From positions 1 through 35,218 of the forward strand of contig JBFMCO010000015.1 of the NCBI GenBank assembly GCA_040754495.1: a DNA stretch of 35,218 nucleotides, read 5' to 3'. This stretch comes from Candidatus Micrarchaeota archaeon (lineage in GTDB: Archaea; Micrarchaeota; Micrarchaeia; Anstonellales; Bilamarchaeaceae). The translations under genes were made by a program, and so were the position numbers. The notes beneath the pieces were generated by a model. It was not told the origin of the DNA, ran no database searches, and saw only the letters and a program-made list of their open reading frames with translations. This document shows positions 27,021 to 35,218 of this stretch, piece after piece (position 1 is the stretch's first letter; each line of letters begins with the position of its first letter).

Positions 27021-28186
27021 GCCGCTATTTCGGCGGATACGGAGGGCAGTTCGTGCCCGAGACGCTTGTCGGCCCGCTCGCGGAGCTGGAGGCGGGATAC
27101 GCCAGGCTGAAAGAGGACGACGGCTTCAGGAAAAAGCTGGCTGCATATCTTGAGAGCTACGCAGGCAGGCCGACCCCGCTTTATCTTGCCGAGAGGATGA
27201 GTGCGCATGCCGGCGGCGCGAGGATTTATCTCAAGCGCGAGGACCTCCTGCACACAGGAGCCCATAAGATAAACAACGCAATCGGGCAGGCGCTCCTTGC
27301 CAAGATGATGGGGAAGAAGAGGCTGATAGCCGAGACCGGCGCCGGCCAGCACGGCGTCGCGACCGCTACGGCGGCCGCTCTGCTCGGCCTCGAGTGCGAG
27401 GTTTTCATGGGCGCGATTGACGCGAAAAGGCAGGAGCACAACGTGTTCAGGATGAGGCTGCTTGACGCCAAGGTCATCGAAGTCGATAGCGGCTCGAGGA
27501 CGCTGAAGGACGCCATAAACGAGGCGATGCGGGATTACGCCCTGAATTTCCGGGATACGCATTATCTCATAGGGTCGGCGCTCGGCCCGCACCCCTACCC
27601 GTCCATGGTCCGGGATTTCCAGTCCGTGATTGGGAGCGAGGCGCGCAGGCAGGCTCTCGAATCCGAAGGCAGGCTGCCGGACGCGCTTGTCGCGTGCGTG
27701 GGCGGCGGGAGCAACGCCATAGGGCTGTTCCACGCTTTCAGGGACGACGATGTCAGGATGGTCGGGGTGGAGGCAGGAGGCAGCGGGAAACTGCACGCAG
27801 CCCGCCTCACAGGCAAGGCGAGGGTCGGAGTCCTGCACGGCATGAAGACGTTCGTCCTGCAGGACCTGGACGGCCAGATAGGCGAGACGCACTCGGTTTC
27901 GGCAGGACTGGATTACTGCGCAGTGGGGCCCGAGCACGCGTTCCTCAGGGAGATGGGCAGGGCTGAATATGTGGAAGCCACCGACGCGGAAGCGCTCGGT
28001 GCGTTCAGGGCGCTGTCTTCCCTCGAGGGGATAATCCCTGCCCTCGAGAGCGCGCATGCGGTCGCGCACGCGATGAAGCTCGCAAAAGGGATGCCCGGGG
28101 GCAGCTCTATTATCGTCAATCTTTCAGGCAGGGGGGACAAGGACGTGGCGTATGTCAAGGAGTTGATAGGGGGTGGCCGGGCATGA
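27017..28186 (+). CDS. trpB: Tryptophan synthase beta chain (TrpB1)
   Basis: [18 protein letters not shown] site, [15 protein letters not shown]; ATGA overlap with trpC. Confidence 0.96.
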   Translation: MSRYFGGYGGQFVPETLVGPLAELEAGYARLKEDDGFRKKLAAYLESYAGRPTPLYLAERMSAHAGGARIYLKREDLLHTGAHKINNAIGQALLAKMMGKKRLIAETGAGQHGVATATAAALLGLECEVFMGAIDAKRQEHNVFRMRLLDAKVIEVDSGSRTLKDAINEAMRDYALNFRDTHYLIGSALGPHPYPSMVRDFQSVIGSEARRQALESEGRLPDALVACVGGGSNAIGLFHAFRDDDVRMVGVEAGGSGKLHAARLTGKARVGVLHGMKTFVLQDLDGQIGETHSVSAGLDYCAVGPEHAFLREMGRAEYVEATDAEALGAFRALSSLEGIIPALESAHAVAHAMKLAKGMPGGSSIIVNLSGRGDKDVAYVKELIGGGRA

Positions 28187-28962
28187 GGGGGCTTTTCAGG
28201 AAACCGGCGTTCATGCCGTACGTCTGCTGCGGGGACCCGGACGAAGAGGGGACGGTCCGGCTTGTCAGGGCGCTTGTGGAAAACGGCGCGGATGCAATCG
28301 AGCTCGGCATCCCGTTCTCGGACCCGGTTGCCGACGGAAAAACCATACAGCACGCCTCCCAGAGGGCGATTGGCGGGGGCATGAGCCCGGGAAAGGCGCT
28401 CGCGCTCCTCTTCCGGCTGAGGGGGGAGGGCATCCGCATCCCGGTGTTCGTCATGACGTATTACAACATAGTGTTCTCGAATGGCGTCGAGGATTTTGTC
28501 GCGAGGGCGGGGAAGGCAGGCGCCGACGGCTTCATCATCCCGGACCTGCCGCCGGAAGAGGCCGGGGAGATGGAGGCCGCATGCCGGAGGACTGGCCTTG
28601 CGCTCGTACGATTCATCACGCCCAACTGCAGCGAAGCGCGGATAAGGCGGATAGCCGAAAACGCGTCCGGCTTCCTTTATGCGGTGTCGGCGTACGGCAC
28701 GACCGGGGCAAGGGACGGGATGTCGCAGGATGCCATCGGCCTCATCAGGAGGGCGAAGGGCATCACGGGCCTGCCGCTCGTCATAGGGTTCGGCATCTCC
28801 ACGCCGGCACAGGCAGCGGGTTACGTAAAAGCCGGTGCCGCGGGGGTGATTGTCGGGAGCCGCATAACTGAGCTGCACAGGAGCGGAGGGCTGGAGGCGG
28901 TGGCGGCGTTCTCGAAAAGCGTAGCCGGCGCCATTTCCGCTCCGCCTGAGAAGCCTTTATAA
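28183..28962 (+). CDS. trpA: Tryptophan synthase alpha chain
   Basis: [23 protein letters not shown] and GFGIS motifs. Confidence 0.95.
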   Translation: MRGLFRKPAFMPYVCCGDPDEEGTVRLVRALVENGADAIELGIPFSDPVADGKTIQHASQRAIGGGMSPGKALALLFRLRGEGIRIPVFVMTYYNIVFSNGVEDFVARAGKAGADGFIIPDLPPEEAGEMEAACRRTGLALVRFITPNCSEARIRRIAENASGFLYAVSAYGTTGARDGMSQDAIGLIRRAKGITGLPLVIGFGISTPAQAAGYVKAGAAGVIVGSRITELHRSGGLEAVAAFSKSVAGAISAPPEKPL

Positions 28963-29011
28963 AAACTATGTTCCTAAAATCTATGTAGATAAGTGTCATA
29001 TTGTGGTTCGA

Positions 29012-29101
29012 ATGGAGCGTGCTAAAGCGTCCGGCCCCGCATGGGGATATTCGTTCGGCTTCTTCAGCTTTAGCTATCGCTATCAGGAAAACCACTATTG
29101 A
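29012..29101 (+). CDS. Putative aro-operon leader peptide MERAKASGPAWGYSFGFFSFSYRYQENHY (29 aa)
   Basis: ATG 29012 to TGA 29099-29101. Nine W/Y/F codons fall among codons 11-29. It lies directly upstream of DAHP synthase and overlaps a 13-bp perfect inverted repeat. Confidence 0.7.
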   Translation: MERAKASGPAWGYSFGFFSFSYRYQENHY

Positions 29102-29144
29102 GCGTTTCTTTTCTCCTTGGTTTTCCTGATGCATATGGAGGCTA
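29071..29144 (+). terminator. Candidate attenuator structure: long hairpin plus U-rich tract
   Basis: ATCAGGAAAACCA (29082-29094) is the exact reverse complement of TGGTTTTCCTGAT (29118-29130). The pyrimidine tract TTTCTTTTCTCCTTGGTTTTCC spans 29105-29126. Confidence 0.6.
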
Positions 29145-29175
29145 GTGGTATTGATGAAAAAACGGGATGGTGTTC

Positions 29176-29988
29176 ATGAAAAATCTCAAACTTGCGGCGT
29201 TGAACGGGCATGGGCGGACGGTCGTCCGCGTGGGGCAGGTCAAAGTAGGGCAGGGGTTCACGGTCATTGCCGGCCCCTGCGGCGTGGAGAGCGAGGAGCA
29301 GACGCTCGAGACGGCAAGGGCGGTCAAGGAGGCCGGGGCTGACATGCTCCGCGGAGGGGCCTTCAAGCCCAGGACCTCCCCGTACGCATTCCAGGGGCTG
29401 GGCCTGAAAGGGCTCAAAATCCTCGAGAAGGCGCGGGACGAGACAGGCCTGCCGATTGTCACCGAGGTCATTGACACTCGGGATGTTTCCTGGGTGTGCG
29501 AATACGCGGATGTCCTCCAGATAGGGGCGAGGAACATGCAGAATTTCTCGCTGCTAAAGGAGGTCGGGAAGGCGAACAAGCCGGTCCTCCTGAAGAGGGG
29601 CATGCACTCCACCATGGAGGAGTGGCTCAACTGCGCGGAGTACATCCTGAACGAGGGGAACCCGGACGTCATACTGTGCGAAAGGGGCATCCGGACATTC
29701 GAGACCTACACGAGGAACACGCTTGACCTGAGCGCGGTGCCGGCCATAAAGGAGCTGACGCACCTGCCGATAATCACCGACCCGACGCACGGGACCGGCA
29801 GGGTGAGCCTCATCCTGCCCATGAGCCTCGCATCGGTAGCCTGCGGGGCGGACGGGATAATAATAGAGGTGCACCGCAACCCGCCCGAGGCCCTCAGCGA
29901 CAAGGAGCAGGCGCTCACGCCGGCCCAGTTCAAGGCCATGATGGGCAAGGTGCGCACCATGCATAAATTCATGGAGGGGCTTTCATGA
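29176..29988 (+). CDS. aroF: 3-deoxy-7-phosphoheptulonate (DAHP) synthase, type I-beta, no regulatory domain
   Basis: [39 protein letters not shown] and DPTH motifs. Start ATG 29176 after GGTG; 29167 is an alternative. Confidence 0.93.
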   Translation: MKNLKLAALNGHGRTVVRVGQVKVGQGFTVIAGPCGVESEEQTLETARAVKEAGADMLRGGAFKPRTSPYAFQGLGLKGLKILEKARDETGLPIVTEVIDTRDVSWVCEYADVLQIGARNMQNFSLLKEVGKANKPVLLKRGMHSTMEEWLNCAEYILNEGNPDVILCERGIRTFETYTRNTLDLSAVPAIKELTHLPIITDPTHGTGRVSLILPMSLASVACGADGIIIEVHRNPPEALSDKEQALTPAQFKAMMGKVRTMHKFMEGLS

Positions 29989-31016
29989 GGACGATGACGC
30001 TGTCCGCTCCGAGCGGCGCCTGCCAGATGGCGCTGGGGGAGAGCATAGACAACCTGAAAGGGTATTGCCAGGGGGCAGGGAAGCTGGTCGCCATCACCGA
30101 CAGGAACGTGCGCCACCACCACGGCGGGCGGCTGGACGGCTTCGAGCTCGTGGAAATCGGCCTCGGGGAGGAGAGCAAGACGCTCGATACGGTGAGGATG
30201 CTCTATGAGCGCTTCATGGAGCTCGGGCTGGAGCGCGACTCCTTCGTGGTAGGCGTAGGAGGGGGGATAGTGTGCGATGTGGCCGGGTTCGCCGCATCCA
30301 CGTACCTGCGGGGCGTGCCGTTCGGCTTCGTGCCGACGACACTGCTCGCGCAGGTGGATGCCAGCGCCGGGGGTAAGAACGGGGTGAACCTCGGCGGATA
30401 CAAGAACCTGGTCGGCACCATCAGGCAGCCGCAGTTCTGCCTGTGCGATTTCTCGCTGCTTGCGACGCTCCCGAAGAGCGAGATGCGCTGCGGGTTCGCG
30501 GAGGTCGTGAAGCATGCCGCAATCGGGGACGCGGGGCTGTTCTCATACCTGGAAACAAGCTGGAAAAAGGCTTACGACCTGAACAGGGCCGCCATCGAGA
30601 AGGTGGTGCACGATTCGCTCGCGGTCAAGACGGGGATAGTCGGCAGGGACGAGAGGGAGAAGGGCGAGAGGATGAAGCTGAATTTCGGCCACACCCTCGG
30701 CCACGCGATAGAGAAATCCACCGGCATCCCGCACGGCGAGGCGGTTTCCATAGGCATGGTGGCCGCGGCCAATCTTTCAGTGAAAAGGGGGCTGCTCCAG
30801 GCAAAGGATGCGGAAAGGCTAGAGGCACTGCTTTCAGGCATCGGCCTGCCGACTGCCGCGGCTACGGACAGGGGGAAGGTCCTTGATGCGATGAGGAAGG
30901 ACAAGAAGAGGTTCAGCGGAAAGATGAAGTTCGTCCTGCTGGAAGGGATAGGGAAGGCGCGCATAGAGGAGATAGCACTGGAGGAGCTGGAGGCGGCAGT
31001 GGATGATATGCGTTAG
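29985..31016 (+). CDS. aroB: 3-dehydroquinate synthase
   Basis: [41 protein letters not shown] and HGEAV motifs. Confidence 0.95.
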   Translation: MRTMTLSAPSGACQMALGESIDNLKGYCQGAGKLVAITDRNVRHHHGGRLDGFELVEIGLGEESKTLDTVRMLYERFMELGLERDSFVVGVGGGIVCDVAGFAASTYLRGVPFGFVPTTLLAQVDASAGGKNGVNLGGYKNLVGTIRQPQFCLCDFSLLATLPKSEMRCGFAEVVKHAAIGDAGLFSYLETSWKKAYDLNRAAIEKVVHDSLAVKTGIVGRDEREKGERMKLNFGHTLGHAIEKSTGIPHGEAVSIGMVAAANLSVKRGLLQAKDAERLEALLSGIGLPTAAATDRGKVLDAMRKDKKRFSGKMKFVLLEGIGKARIEEIALEELEAAVDDMR

Positions 31017-31656
31017 CATAGCCGAGGAGACCGCGGAAGGCGCGTTGCGGGCGCTCAAAGGGCTGGAACTTGCAGAGATACGGCTGGACGCCCTGGCCGA
31101 ATCGGAACTCACACCGGAAAACGTACGCAGGATATTCTCTTCCCCATCGCGGCTCGTGGCCACGTGCCGTCCCGGAAAGCTTGGTGTTGAAAAAAGGAAG
31201 GAGTGCCTTTCCCATGCGATAGAGGCAGGGGCGGGATACGTAGATATAGAGGTCGAGGCACCAGACTCCTACAAGAAGGAGCTTATCGAAAAGGCCAGGG
31301 AGAAGGGGTGTACGGCCATAGTATCGTATCATGATTACAAACGCACCCCGCCCGAGGCGGAGCTTCTGCAGATAATCCAGTGGTGCTTCGACAGCGGGGC
31401 GGACATCGCGAAAATCGCGTGCATGGTGCATGGTGCGCGCGACAATGCACGCCTGCTCGGCCTGCTGGATGGCAAAGGCATTATCGTCATAGGCATGGGC
31501 GCCAAGGGCAGGGTCACGAGGATAATTGCCCCGCTGCTCGGAAGCCCTTTCACGTACGCCTCTGCAGGGAAGGGAAAGGAAACCGCGGAAGGGCAGATGG
31601 ACAAGGCAACGCTCGAGAGGGCGATTGGTGCAATGAGGGAGGCTCTGGGGAGATGA
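31003..31656 (+). CDS. aroD: Type I 3-dehydroquinate dehydratase
   Basis: AEIRLD, YVDIE, SYHDY, DIAKIA (Schiff-base Lys) and APGQ-like AEGQ motifs. Confidence 0.9.
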   Translation: MICVSIAEETAEGALRALKGLELAEIRLDALAESELTPENVRRIFSSPSRLVATCRPGKLGVEKRKECLSHAIEAGAGYVDIEVEAPDSYKKELIEKAREKGCTAIVSYHDYKRTPPEAELLQIIQWCFDSGADIAKIACMVHGARDNARLLGLLDGKGIIVIGMGAKGRVTRIIAPLLGSPFTYASAGKGKETAEGQMDKATLERAIGAMREALGR

Positions 31657-32957
31657 CAGACCTGTATGGGGTGGTGGGAAAGCCGATCCTGCACAGCCGC
31701 AGCCCGCAGATGCACAACTCCGCTTTCAGGACGCTCGGCATAGATGCGGTCTATGTCAGGCTCGCTGCGGAGAGCGCGGAGGATGCGCTGAGGTCCGCGC
31801 GCGGGATGGGCATGAAAGGGCTGAACGTGACGGCACCGTTCAAGGAGGAGATGGCTTCGCTCGTAGAGCCGGCGGATGACGGGGCGCGCAGGCTTGGAGC
31901 CGTAAATACGGTCATCATGGGCAAGGACGGGCCGGTGGGATACAACACCGACCCTGACGGCGTGGCCCAGGCCCTGAAAGAGAACGGCGTGAAGCTCCGG
32001 GGGAGCAATGCCGTGGTGCTTGGCGCCGGCGGTGCGGCGAAGGCCGCTGTCCTTGCCCTGATGAAGGAGGGCGCCTCGGTCACAGTGGCCAACAGGACGC
32101 GCTTCAAGGCCGAGAAGGCGGCGCAGGAGCTTGGCTGCGGGCTGTGCGATATCGAGGAGCTGGAAGGCGCCCTTGCCGATGCGTCCGTCCTTGTCTCGGC
32201 ATTGAGCACGAACGAGAGAGTCGTCGCGCCGGGGGCGCTCCGTAAAGGGCTCGCGGTGCTGGATGCCAACTATTCTGCAACGACTTCCCTTGCGCATGAT
32301 GCAACGGATGCGGGATGCAGGGTGATTGACGGGAGGGAGTGGCTCCTTTACCAGGGGGCGAAGGCGTTCCTGATTTTCAGCGGGAGGGCTGCGCCGCTGA
32401 GGGAGATGAGAAAGGCGCTATTCGAAACCGGAAACGGCAACCCTGAAACCGGCAACATCGCGCTAATCGGGATGATGGGCAGCGGAAAGAATACCACTGC
32501 CAGGGCGCTCAGCGAAAAAACCGGCATGGAAATAATGGATATGGATGCCGAAGTCGAAAGAAAGGCAGGGAAAACGATAAAAGCCATATTCGAAAGCGAA
32601 GGGCAGGAGGAGTTCCGCAGAAGGGAGAGCCTGGAGGTGTCAGCCGCAGGCAAAGCGCAGAACAAGATAATCAACTGCGGGGGCGGAGCCATACTCGAAA
32701 CCCGAAACCGCGACACCCTGAACGGAAATGCGAACGTCGTGTGGCTATGGGCTAAACCTGAGACGATGGCGAAGAGGGTTGCCGGGGATGACTCGAGGCC
32801 GCTTCTCAATGTTCCTGCCGACGAAAAGAAAGAGGTGCTTGGCAGGGTGCTTTCAGCCAGGCTCGGGTTTTATGCCGGAACATCGGATTTGGTGATTGAC
32901 ACGGAGCGCATGACGCCAAAGCAGGTGGCGGAGAGGATACTTTATGAGATTCATTAA
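31653..32957 (+). CDS. aroE: Shikimate dehydrogenase-shikimate kinase fusion (AroE-AroK)
   Basis: N-part has HSRSPQMHN, NVTAPFK, GAVNT, YNTD and GAGGAA. C-part has GMMGSGK P-loop, DMD, FRRRE and GGG. ATGA overlap with aroD. Confidence 0.93.
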   Translation: MTDLYGVVGKPILHSRSPQMHNSAFRTLGIDAVYVRLAAESAEDALRSARGMGMKGLNVTAPFKEEMASLVEPADDGARRLGAVNTVIMGKDGPVGYNTDPDGVAQALKENGVKLRGSNAVVLGAGGAAKAAVLALMKEGASVTVANRTRFKAEKAAQELGCGLCDIEELEGALADASVLVSALSTNERVVAPGALRKGLAVLDANYSATTSLAHDATDAGCRVIDGREWLLYQGAKAFLIFSGRAAPLREMRKALFETGNGNPETGNIALIGMMGSGKNTTARALSEKTGMEIMDMDAEVERKAGKTIKAIFESEGQEEFRRRESLEVSAAGKAQNKIINCGGGAILETRNRDTLNGNANVVWLWAKPETMAKRVAGDDSRPLLNVPADEKKEVLGRVLSARLGFYAGTSDLVIDTERMTPKQVAERILYEIH

Positions 32958-34224
32958 GCCTTCGCGCGTATCAGGCACGATAGATGCCCCCCCGTCAAAG
33001 AGCATGATGCAGCGGGCGGTGATAGCCGCGGCGTTGAGTGATGGGGAGACGCTGATAACGAATCCCAGTTTCTGCGATGATGCCCTTGCAGCGATGCGGG
33101 TCGTGGAGGCGCTCGGTGCCAAAGTGAAGAGGGAGGAGGGCGGCGTGAGGATTACCGGGATGCCAAAACCCGGAACTGGAAACCGGAAACCGGATGCCGG
33201 CGGCGGGGTGCTTGATTGCGGCGAGTCCGGGACATTAATGAGGATGATTTCAGCGGTGGCCGCGCTTTATGACAGGGAATTCACGATAACCGGCAGGGGC
33301 TCGCTGATGAAGCGGCCGGTCGGGATGATTGAAAAGCCGCTGCGGATGCTGGGGGCGGAATGCAGCACGAATGGAGGCTTCCCGCCGCTGAAGGTGAGGG
33401 GGCCGCTCCAAGGGGGCAAGGTCGAGGTCGACGGCTCGGAAAGTTCGCAGTTCGTGAGCGGCCTCCTGTTGGCGCTTCCATTGTGCACCGAGGATTCGGA
33501 GCTCAATGCGCTAGGCCTCAAAAGCAGGGAGTATGTGGGCATGACGTGGGAGACTCTTACCCGCTTCGGGGTCAGGATTGAGAAGGACATGCACGTGAAG
33601 CCCAGGGAACGGCGGGACAGGTATTTCATAAAGGGCGGGCAGAGGTACAGGGCCGGCAAATTCAGGGTTGACGGAGACTGGTCGGGGGCTGCTTTCTTGC
33701 TTGTCGCCGGAGCCATAGCCGGCGAGGCGGAGGTCAGGCAGCTCGGATTCGGGCAACCCGATTCCGCGATAATGGACGCACTCTTCGACGCCGGGGCTAA
33801 GACGGAGCTGGAATGCGACGTCGCACGTGTCAAGGGCGGAAAGCTCAGGGCATTCGAGTTCGATGCCAGCGATTGCCCGGATTTGTTCCCGCCCCTTGCC
33901 GTGCTTGCGTGCAATTGCGAAGGAACGAGCGTCATACGCGGAGCCTCAAGGCTCCGCCACAAGGAGAGCGACAGGGCGGCCGTGCTGGCGCAGGAGCTCG
34001 GCGGGCTGGGAGCGGATATAAAGGTCATCGGGGACCGGATGGAGGTAAGCGGGGGGAAGCTCAGGGGAGGGCGGATGAATCCCCACGGAGACCACAGGAT
34101 AGCCATGGCGGCCGCGGCCGCGGCGCTGAATTCGGAAAAAGGCGTTGAGATAGAAGACGAGGATTGCGTTTCGAAGTCTTATCCCGGGTTCTTCGAAGAC
34201 CTGGAAAAGCTGGTGGAAAGATGA
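32944..34224 (+). CDS. aroA: EPSP synthase
   Basis: PPSKS, DCGESGT, SSQF, RHKESDR, DHRIAM and KSYP motifs. Confidence 0.95.
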   Translation: MRFIKPSRVSGTIDAPPSKSMMQRAVIAAALSDGETLITNPSFCDDALAAMRVVEALGAKVKREEGGVRITGMPKPGTGNRKPDAGGGVLDCGESGTLMRMISAVAALYDREFTITGRGSLMKRPVGMIEKPLRMLGAECSTNGGFPPLKVRGPLQGGKVEVDGSESSQFVSGLLLALPLCTEDSELNALGLKSREYVGMTWETLTRFGVRIEKDMHVKPRERRDRYFIKGGQRYRAGKFRVDGDWSGAAFLLVAGAIAGEAEVRQLGFGQPDSAIMDALFDAGAKTELECDVARVKGGKLRAFEFDASDCPDLFPPLAVLACNCEGTSVIRGASRLRHKESDRAAVLAQELGGLGADIKVIGDRMEVSGGKLRGGRMNPHGDHRIAMAAAAAALNSEKGVEIEDEDCVSKSYPGFFEDLEKLVER

Positions 34225-35218
34225 ACACTTTCGGAAGATTATTCAGGGTAAGCATGCTCGGCGAATCGCACGGCGAGTGCGTTGGCGTTTTGCTGGACGG
34301 GGTGCCCGCCGGCCTCGCGCTCACGAGCGACGAGATGCTGCCGGATTTGGAGCGGAGAAAGGGCATGGGGGCGAAAGGAACCACGCCGAGGAAGGAGGCT
34401 GATATCCCAATGCTCAAGAGCGGCGTCTTCAAAGGAAGAACCACCGGCGCGCCGCTGCTCATCATGTTCGAGAACAAGGACGTGGATTCGAAGGCTTACG
34501 AGATGCTGAAGGACACCCCGAGGCCGGGCCATGCAGACCTTGTGGCGAGGCAGAAGTACGGCGGCTTCAGCGATTATCGCGGCGGGGGGCATTTCTCGGG
34601 GAGGCTGACCGCTGCCCTAGTGGCAGCCGGAGTCGTGGCGAAGAAGCTCATCGCCCCGGCCAGGGCAGAAGCGAAGCTGGTGGAGGCAGGCGGGACGACG
34701 GACGAGAAAAGCATCGGGAAGGCTATCGACGCGGCGCTTGCAGACGGAGACTCCATCGGCGGCATCGTGGAATGCCGGGTGAAGGGGCTTCCGGCTGGGC
34801 TTGGCGAGCCGTTCTTCGATTCTGCCGAGTCCCTGCTCGGCCATGTGATACTATCCATACCCGCAGTCAAGGGCGTCGAGTTCGGGGCGGGGTTCGCCTC
34901 GGCCAGGATGCGCGGGAGCGATTGCAACGACGAGATACTTGACGAGCGCGGAAGGACCGCCACGAACAATGCGGGCGGGATAAACGGCGGCATAACGAAC
35001 GGCAACGAGCTCATGCTCAGGGCGGCGGTAAAGCCCGCTTCGAGCATAAGGAAGGAGAAGGGGACTGTGAACCTGGAAACCGGGGGACGGATGCCGATTT
35101 CAGTTTCGGGCAGGCATGATGCGTGCATCGCCCTGCGGGTCCCGGTGGTGCTGGAAGCCGCGGTGGCGATAGCGCTCGCGGACTTGATGATGATCGAGCA
35201 GAGGATACCGAGGGTCAT
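34221..35218 (+). CDS. aroC: Chorismate synthase (3' end runs off window)
   Basis: ATG 34221 gives MNTFG...GESHG, RPGHAD, GGGHFSGRLT, NNAGGINGGITNG, KPASSI and GRHDAC motifs. Confidence 0.95.
   Translation, partial: MNTFGRLFRVSMLGESHGECVGVLLDGVPAGLALTSDEMLPDLERRKGMGAKGTTPRKEADIPMLKSGVFKGRTTGAPLLIMFENKDVDSKAYEMLKDTPRPGHADLVARQKYGGFSDYRGGGHFSGRLTAALVAAGVVAKKLIAPARAEAKLVEAGGTTDEKSIGKAIDAALADGDSIGGIVECRVKGLPAGLGEPFFDSAESLLGHVILSIPAVKGVEFGAGFASARMRGSDCNDEILDERGRTATNNAGGINGGITNGNELMLRAAVKPASSIRKEKGTVNLETGGRMPISVSGRHDACIALRVPVVLEAAVAIALADLMMIEQRIPRV

Noticed and set aside
28781-29134. 117-aa minus-strand ORF across the trpA-aroF gap
   Set aside because: It overlaps trpA by 180 nt, has no recognisable domain, and the plus-strand leader explains the region better.
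29137-29342. GGAGG-preceded out-of-frame ORF with an A6 run (possible frameshift into aroF)
   Set aside because: aroF has its own in-frame ATGs, a shift would add only a few residues, and the ORF product looks like shadow translation.
16193-34477. Long alternative-frame ORFs over real genes (e.g. 16193-16870, 21125-22060, 25074-26699, 26729-28069, 31335-32297)
   Set aside because: These are typical high-GC3 shadow ORFs, fully overlapping genes with clear family motifs.
1-35218. CRISPR arrays, tRNA/rRNA genes, IS elements
   Set aside because: No regularly spaced repeats, cloverleaf or T-loop signatures, transposase motifs or terminal inverted repeats were recognised by eye; tRNAscan and Infernal were not run.

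Overview
Gene-dense, GC-rich archaeal chromosome segment. The genes are archaeal-type (Dph6, TrpY, DRG GTPase), TATA boxes sit about 22 nt before many start codons, and the surface proteins are DPANN-like; Micrarchaeota is my inference, not a database result. Positions 1-10241 (minus strand) are one uninterrupted giant secreted beta-helix/DUF11 surface-protein gene of >3,400 aa. It runs off the window and is absent from the ORF track. The 10.5-23 kb stretch holds mixed housekeeping and envelope genes, a VapBC pair, and a superoxide dismutase abutting a free-standing low-GC LAGLIDADG endonuclease. The 23-35 kb stretch holds trpY divergent from trpEGDCBA (no trpF), then a bacterial-type shikimate operon aroF-aroB-aroD-aroE/K-aroA-aroC. 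The best leads are: (1) an unannotated 29-aa Trp/Tyr/Phe-rich leader peptide with a long hairpin and U-tract in front of the aro operon, a candidate archaeal ribosome-mediated attenuator; (2) a codon-usage break inside sod that suggests the endonuclease travels with a replacement 3' half of its target gene; (3) canonical TrpY TRP boxes; (4) the modular giant protein with a recent gene-conversion patch. No tRNA, rRNA or CRISPR array was recognised. Coordinates and counts were read by hand.
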